Source: Octopus bimaculoides | Lineage: Eukaryota | Assembly (NCBI RefSeq): GCF_001194135.2 | Contig: NC_068987.1 | Span: 86,750,137-86,787,074, forward strand | Direction of reading: 5' to 3' | Length of the DNA stretch: 36,938 nt | Part shown: piece by piece, positions 32,628 through 36,938 of the stretch | Position numbering within the stretch: the first letter of the stretch is position 1 | Layout: each line of letters starts with the position of its first letter | Program-made: the position numbers and the translations under genes | Notes under the pieces: generated by a model | What the model was told of the DNA's origin: nothing | What the model saw: the letters and a program-made list of their open reading frames with translations, nothing else | The model's database searches: none

Positions 32628-34573
32628 NNNNNNNNNNNNNNNNNNNNNNNNNNNNNNNNNNNNNNNNNNNNNNNNNNNNNNNNNNNNNNNNNNNNNNNNN
32701 NNNNNNNNNNNNNNNNNNNNNNNNNNNNNNNNNNNNNNNNNNNNNNNNNNNNNNNNNNNNNNNNNNNNNNNNNNNNNNNNNNNNNNNNNNNNNNNNNNNN
32801 NNNNNNNNNNNNNNNNNNNNNNNNNNNNNNNNNNNNNNNNNNNNNNNNNNNNNNNNNNNNNNNNNNNNNNNNNNNNNNNNNNNNNNNNNNNNNNNNNNNN
32901 NNNNNNNNNNNNNNNNNNNNNNNNNNNNNNNNNNNNNNNNNNNNNNNNNNNNNNNNNNNNNNNNNNNNNNNNNNNNNNNNNNNNNNNNNNNNNNNNNNNN
33001 NNNNNNNNNNNNNNNNNNNNNNNNNNNNNNNNNNNNNNNNNNNNNNNNNNNNNNNNNNNNNNNNNNNNNNNNNNNNNNNNNNNNNNNNNNNNNNNNNNNN
33101 NNNNNNNNNNNNNNNNNNNNNNNNNNNNNNNNNNNNNNNNNNNNNNNNNNNNNNNNNNNNNNNNNNNNNNNNNNNNNNNNNNNNNNNNNNNNNNNNNNNN
33201 NNNNNNNNNNNNNNNNNNNNNNTATATATATATATATATATATCCGTATGTATTTATTACATATATGCTTGTGCTTTAACCTATGACATCGTTTATTTTT
33301 TTATGCATGTTTAAAGTTGGTTTTGTATTACACTTCATTCTTCTTATCGATATGTAGTAAGTTTATTTCGAATAAAATAGTCGATGGAAAACGAAAGCAT
33401 TCCTGCTAATTCAATGTTTATGAGTCTTAATAGACAACTAATATTGTGAAATCGAGCAGTAGTTCTTCATTTCACTTATATTTTATTTAACCTCAGTGTC
33501 ATGTGACAGTCTTGATTTCTGATAATCAGGTTCAGATTTGAATATTATTTTTTGGAGCAGAGAAATTTTTGCAATTTATGGATATACGAAAAACAAAACT
33601 GAAATCAAGGGGTTCCTGACAGACATTGGATCCTTCAGAAATTATGTCTATACTGTAGTTCATGTATAGGAGAGTGTTTGGCAAAACTTTTTCATACTTA
33701 CAACGTCCCAAATTTGAGCCCTTCAAGCATAAAAGCTAATTAATCGGGTCAAAATTTACATAACTGTGGGGCTGCGCAAAGACATAAACTATGTCAGATA
33801 TCATTACATTAAAGTATGGTTATTGGTAAAGTATATTCTTTTGAACATACACTTTCATGTATTTTCTAAGTTAGCCTGGAGATGTTTTGCTGTCATTTGT
33901 ATAGATTGCAATATGTTTACTTCGGTATTTCTGTTTTCTTGCTGTCATCTTATATTGATCTGTCAGCCACGATCTGCCAACAGGAATAGCTTCCTACGGA
34001 TTGTTCGCTTATACGCTATTCACCCCCCCCCCCACAAGAAACTGCAGATTTTATTATATACACCTAGCGACATACATACATAATATGTATGTGTATATAT
34101 ATGTATATACATGTATGTGTATATATATATGTATGTGTATATATATATATATANNNNNNNNNNNNNNNNNNNNNNNNNNNNNNNNNNNNNNNNNNNNNNN
34201 NNNNNNNNNNNNNNNNNNNNNNNNNNNNNNNNNNNNNNNNNNNNNNNNNNNNNNNNNNNNNNNNNNNNNNNNNNNNNNNNNNNNNNNNNNNNNNNNNNNN
34301 NNNNNNNNNNNNNNNNNNNNNNNNNNNNNNNNNNNNNNNNNNNNNNNNNNNNNNNNNNNNNNNNNNNNNNNNNNNNNNNNNNNNNNNNNNNNNNNNNNNN
34401 NNNNNNNNNNNNNNNNNNNNNNNNNNNNNNNNNNNNNNNNNNNNNNNNNNNNNNNNNNNNNNNNNNNNNNNNNNNNNNNNNNNNNNNNNNNNNNNNNNNN
34501 NNNNNNNNNNNNNNNNNNNNNNNNNNNNNNNNNNNNNNNNNNNNNNNNNNNNNNNNNNNNNNNNNNNNNNNNN

Positions 34574-34607
<34 letters not shown>

Positions 34608-34694
34608 GCAGAGAGACAAGTGGGAGGTAGTTAAATATGTAATAAATAGATAGACATAGTGTAGTAGAGGAAGCAATATTTAAACATCTCTTTA

Positions 34695-34878
34695 GCACAC
34701 AAGGTAAAATGCTTAGCGGTATTTCGTTTGTTTTTTATTCTATGAGTTCCAATTCCACAAAAGTCGATTTTGCTTTCATCTTCTCGGGTTCGATAAAATA
34801 AGCATCAGTTGAGCACTGCGGTAACCGACTCATCCCCTCTCCCTTAAATTGCTGGACTTTTACCCAAATTTGAAAACT
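34695..34878 (+). mobile_element. SINE family A (5'-truncated, diverged)
   Basis: AAATGCTTAGCGGTATTTCG...GAGTTCCAATTCC...CGATAAAATAAG...CCAAATTTGAAA. Confidence 0.82.
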
Positions 34879-34898
34879 ACATTTTTAATTATTCCTAA

Positions 34899-35098
34899 CG
34901 CGTCGAACTGGCAGAATCGTTAGCAAGCCGGGAATGATAGTTAGCAGCATCTCGTCCGTGTTCAAGCTTACCTTTCGTCCTCTAGGGGACGATAAAATAA
35001 GTGGCAGTCAAGCACTGGGGTCGATGTAATCGATTTAACCCTACCCCTGCTACTTACTTAAGATTCTAGGCTTGGTGCCTATAGTAGAAAGGAATATT
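34899..35098 (+). mobile_element. SINE family A (internal deletion)
   Basis: GAACTGGCAGAATCGTTAGCAAGCCGGG head, AAGCACTGGGGTCGATGTAATCGA, GGCTTGGTGCCTATAGTAGAAAGGAATATT tail. Confidence 0.82.
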
Positions 35099-35110
35099 TA
35101 ATCATTGATG

Positions 35111-35319
35111 AGGCGGCAAGCTGACAGAAGACGCCGGGGAAAATGCTTGGCGGAATTTCGTCTGTCTTTACATGTCGAGTTCAAAATGCGCTGAGTTGCG
35201 CCTTTCTTTTCAGCCTTTTGCAGTTGATAAAACAAGTACCAGTTGAACACTGGGGTTGATGCAATCGACTTAACACTGCGTCGTAATTGTTGGCACAGTG
35301 ACAAAATTTGAAATCAATA
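35111..35319 (+). mobile_element. SINE family A (diverged)
   Basis: AGGCGGCAAGCTGACAGAA head, GAGTTCAAAATGCG, AAGTACCAGTTGAACACTGGGGTTGATGCAATCGAC, AAAATTTGAAATCAAT tail. Confidence 0.82.
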
Positions 35320-35321
35320 TA

Positions 35322-35550
35322 CAGGGTTGGCCAAAAGTCACCTGACAGTAAGTCAAACCTATTTATTTCCGAGATTTATGTTTAACAACTGAATGAATTT
35401 AATAAAATCATCTAAATATGAAGCATTATGAAAATAGTTCAAACTGAAGTCCTTCTTGAGCGACACATTTTTCCATTCGAATCAATACAGGATTACAGAC
35501 AACGTTTATGAAATTTTGATTTACTATCGGCTGACTTTTGGGCAACTCTA
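35322..35550. mobile_element. Tc1/mariner-type MITE (229 bp, TA target-site duplication)
   Basis: TA|CAGGGTTGGCCAAAAGTCACCTGACAGTAAGTCAAA ... TTTGATTTACTATCGGCTGACTTTTGGGCAACTCTA|TA; imperfect TIR of about 36 bp. Confidence 0.82.
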
Positions 35551-35999
35551 TATAATCTTTTTTTTTTACGTATTTACCAAGGTCGAAACGTAAGGGTAAT
35601 ATCAGAGTTAAAGGCATATATGAAGGGACACATTAGCTATTAGAAAATATATATACTCTTCTGCGGTTTTGCATAATATATTATATTGTTTATGATTTCG
35701 GCCCAAATCGGTCTGTTGATGATTCATATAACTCCCACTGCATCAATTATGTCGTTAAATAAATGTAGCATTAAATTGTGTTGCTTAATATGATTTCAGT
35801 ATATATAAGTTTAACAAACTTTCTTCGTAATTTTCCGTAAGACCGACTTCCGGAAACCGGGGACGAAATTCTTTGCAAAATTGATAGTACCATCTTATCG
35901 ATAAGTGCCTATAGACAATATCGCCCAATTAAGACGATATATTTGCTTCATTTTCTTGAGCTTCTGAAAGACTGTTCTATGTTTTTGAGATGAGGAATT

Positions 36000-36115
36000 C
36001 TGTACATTTTGTACATTGGACGTATATGTGTCCTCATCTTGTTCGTTGTTGCCACAGCGTTTCGGCTGATTTACTCTCTAGCCTTCATCAGGTATCCTGG
36101 TAGGATTTCCACTAA
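36000..36115 (-). mobile_element. Penelope-like terminal-repeat fragment with hammerhead core
   Basis: Minus CCTGATGAAGGCTAGAGAGTAAATCAGCCGAAACGCTGTGGC contains CUGAUGA, helix II and GAAAC. Confidence 0.65.
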
Positions 36116-36278
36116 TATGCAGTACCGCGCGCTGATGACGCCTGGTAGCCATATGCGGTGGACGTGCTCTCAAAGCATACTGCGTAGGATATACTCAAAA
36201 GAAAATTTGGATACCACAGTTTAAAGTCTCCTATCTAAAGTTTAGCATTAAATATAACCTATGTATATATAACCTATA

Positions 36279-36658
36279 CCATGGCACTCCGTCGGTTACG
36301 ACGACGAAGGTTGCAGTTCATCCGATCACCGGAAAAGCCTGCTCATGAAATTAACGTGCAAGTGGCTGAGCACTCCACAGACACGTGTACGCTTAATGTA
36401 GTTCTCGGGGAGATTCAACGTGACACAGAGCGTGACAAGACTGGCCCTTTGATATATAGTTACAACAGAAACAGAAAGAAAGAGTGAGAGGAAGTTGAGG
36501 TGGAAGAGTACAGCAGGGTTTACCACCATCCCCTGCCGGAACCACATGCAGCTGTAGGCGTTTTTGCTCAATAATCACTCACAACGCCCGGTCTGGGAAT
36601 CGAAACCGCGATCCCACGACCGCGTGTCCGCTGCCTTTACCACTGGACCATTGCATAT
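36279..36658 (-). mobile_element. Full-length tRNA-derived SINE family C
   Basis: Head GCAATGGTCCAGTGGTAAAGGCAGCGGACACGCGGTCGTGGGATCGCGGTTTCGATTCCCAGACCGGG; 3' end CGTAACCGACGGAGTGCCATGG; flanked by a near-identical 23-mer (36256-36278 and 36669-36691). Confidence 0.9.
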
Positions 36659-36894
36659 CCACATAAGTAACCTAAATATATATAACCTATATACATATAT
36701 ACGTATAAATGTGCGCCTATTTATATTGCTATATATAGTGATAGACGTATCTGTGTTTTACGTAAGTGTCAAGCGAAAGGAAACTGTGTAACAGTCTCGT
36801 GATAATTTTGCACCTTTAATGAAAGCACATCACACTCCCTTCGGTATAGGAGTAGCATTTTTGCACCTAGGTCTGCATTTATGTGCTCACCTGT

Positions 36895-36938
36895 ACTTAT
36901 ATATCTATATATCTATATATATATATATATATATATAT
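36895..36938. repeat. (AT)n microsatellite
   Basis: Directly visible. Confidence 0.95.

Noticed and set aside
33702-33771. Minus acceptor (TTTGCGCAG) and perfect GTAAGT donor 70 nt apart
   Set aside because: All three frames contain stops; there is no support for a non-coding exon
7583-34698. Long ORFs (145-344 aa) containing X runs
   Set aside because: They are open only because they cross N-gaps (about 7716-8323, 12796-13169, 14056-14437, 18271-18389, 29551-30233, 31849-31940, 34154-34573)
36131-36170. Plus-strand CTGATGACGCC...GGTGGACGTG, a second hammerhead-like start
   Set aside because: GAAA core is absent and no helix I can be formed
5-36938. Dozens of 60-150 aa ORFs rich in CV, IY, HT, SL, N or I runs
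   Set aside because: Translations of GT, AT, CA, CT and TAA microsatellites; no coding signal
1-36938. CRISPR array, prokaryotic operon or defence system
   Set aside because: No regularly spaced repeat-spacer array and no dense ORFs; the sequence is eukaryotic repeat-rich DNA

Overview
AT-rich, gap-ridden eukaryotic genomic DNA with ten N-runs, almost all flanked by microsatellites. The repeat content (three tRNA-headed SINE families, RTE LINE relics, Penelope-type terminal repeats, very dense (AT)n/(GT)n/(TAA)n/(TATG)n tracts) matches what I recall of octopus/coleoid genomes; that assignment is inference. No host protein-coding gene, rRNA, true tRNA gene or CRISPR array can be supported. 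Almost all listed ORFs are microsatellite or N-gap artefacts. The one clearly real reading frame is the C-terminal restriction-like-endonuclease (RLE) domain of an R4/Dong-type non-LTR retrotransposon (1117-1611, minus). Main observations: (1) two same-orientation stacks of RLE-retrotransposon 3' ends, one delimited by (TAA)n and one by (CATA)n, suggesting two microsatellite-targeting lineages; (2) three hammerhead-ribozyme-like motifs with different core variants, one (U3-A8 covariant, GUC site) at the centre of a ~385-bp foldback; (3) a possible HDV-like ribozyme relic at an RTE-like 5' end; (4) a head-to-tail SINE trimer joined at an identical microhomology; (5) two MITE-like inverted-repeat elements and a 268-bp direct repeat; (6) one weak LRR-like exon candidate. 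All alignments and folds were done by eye.
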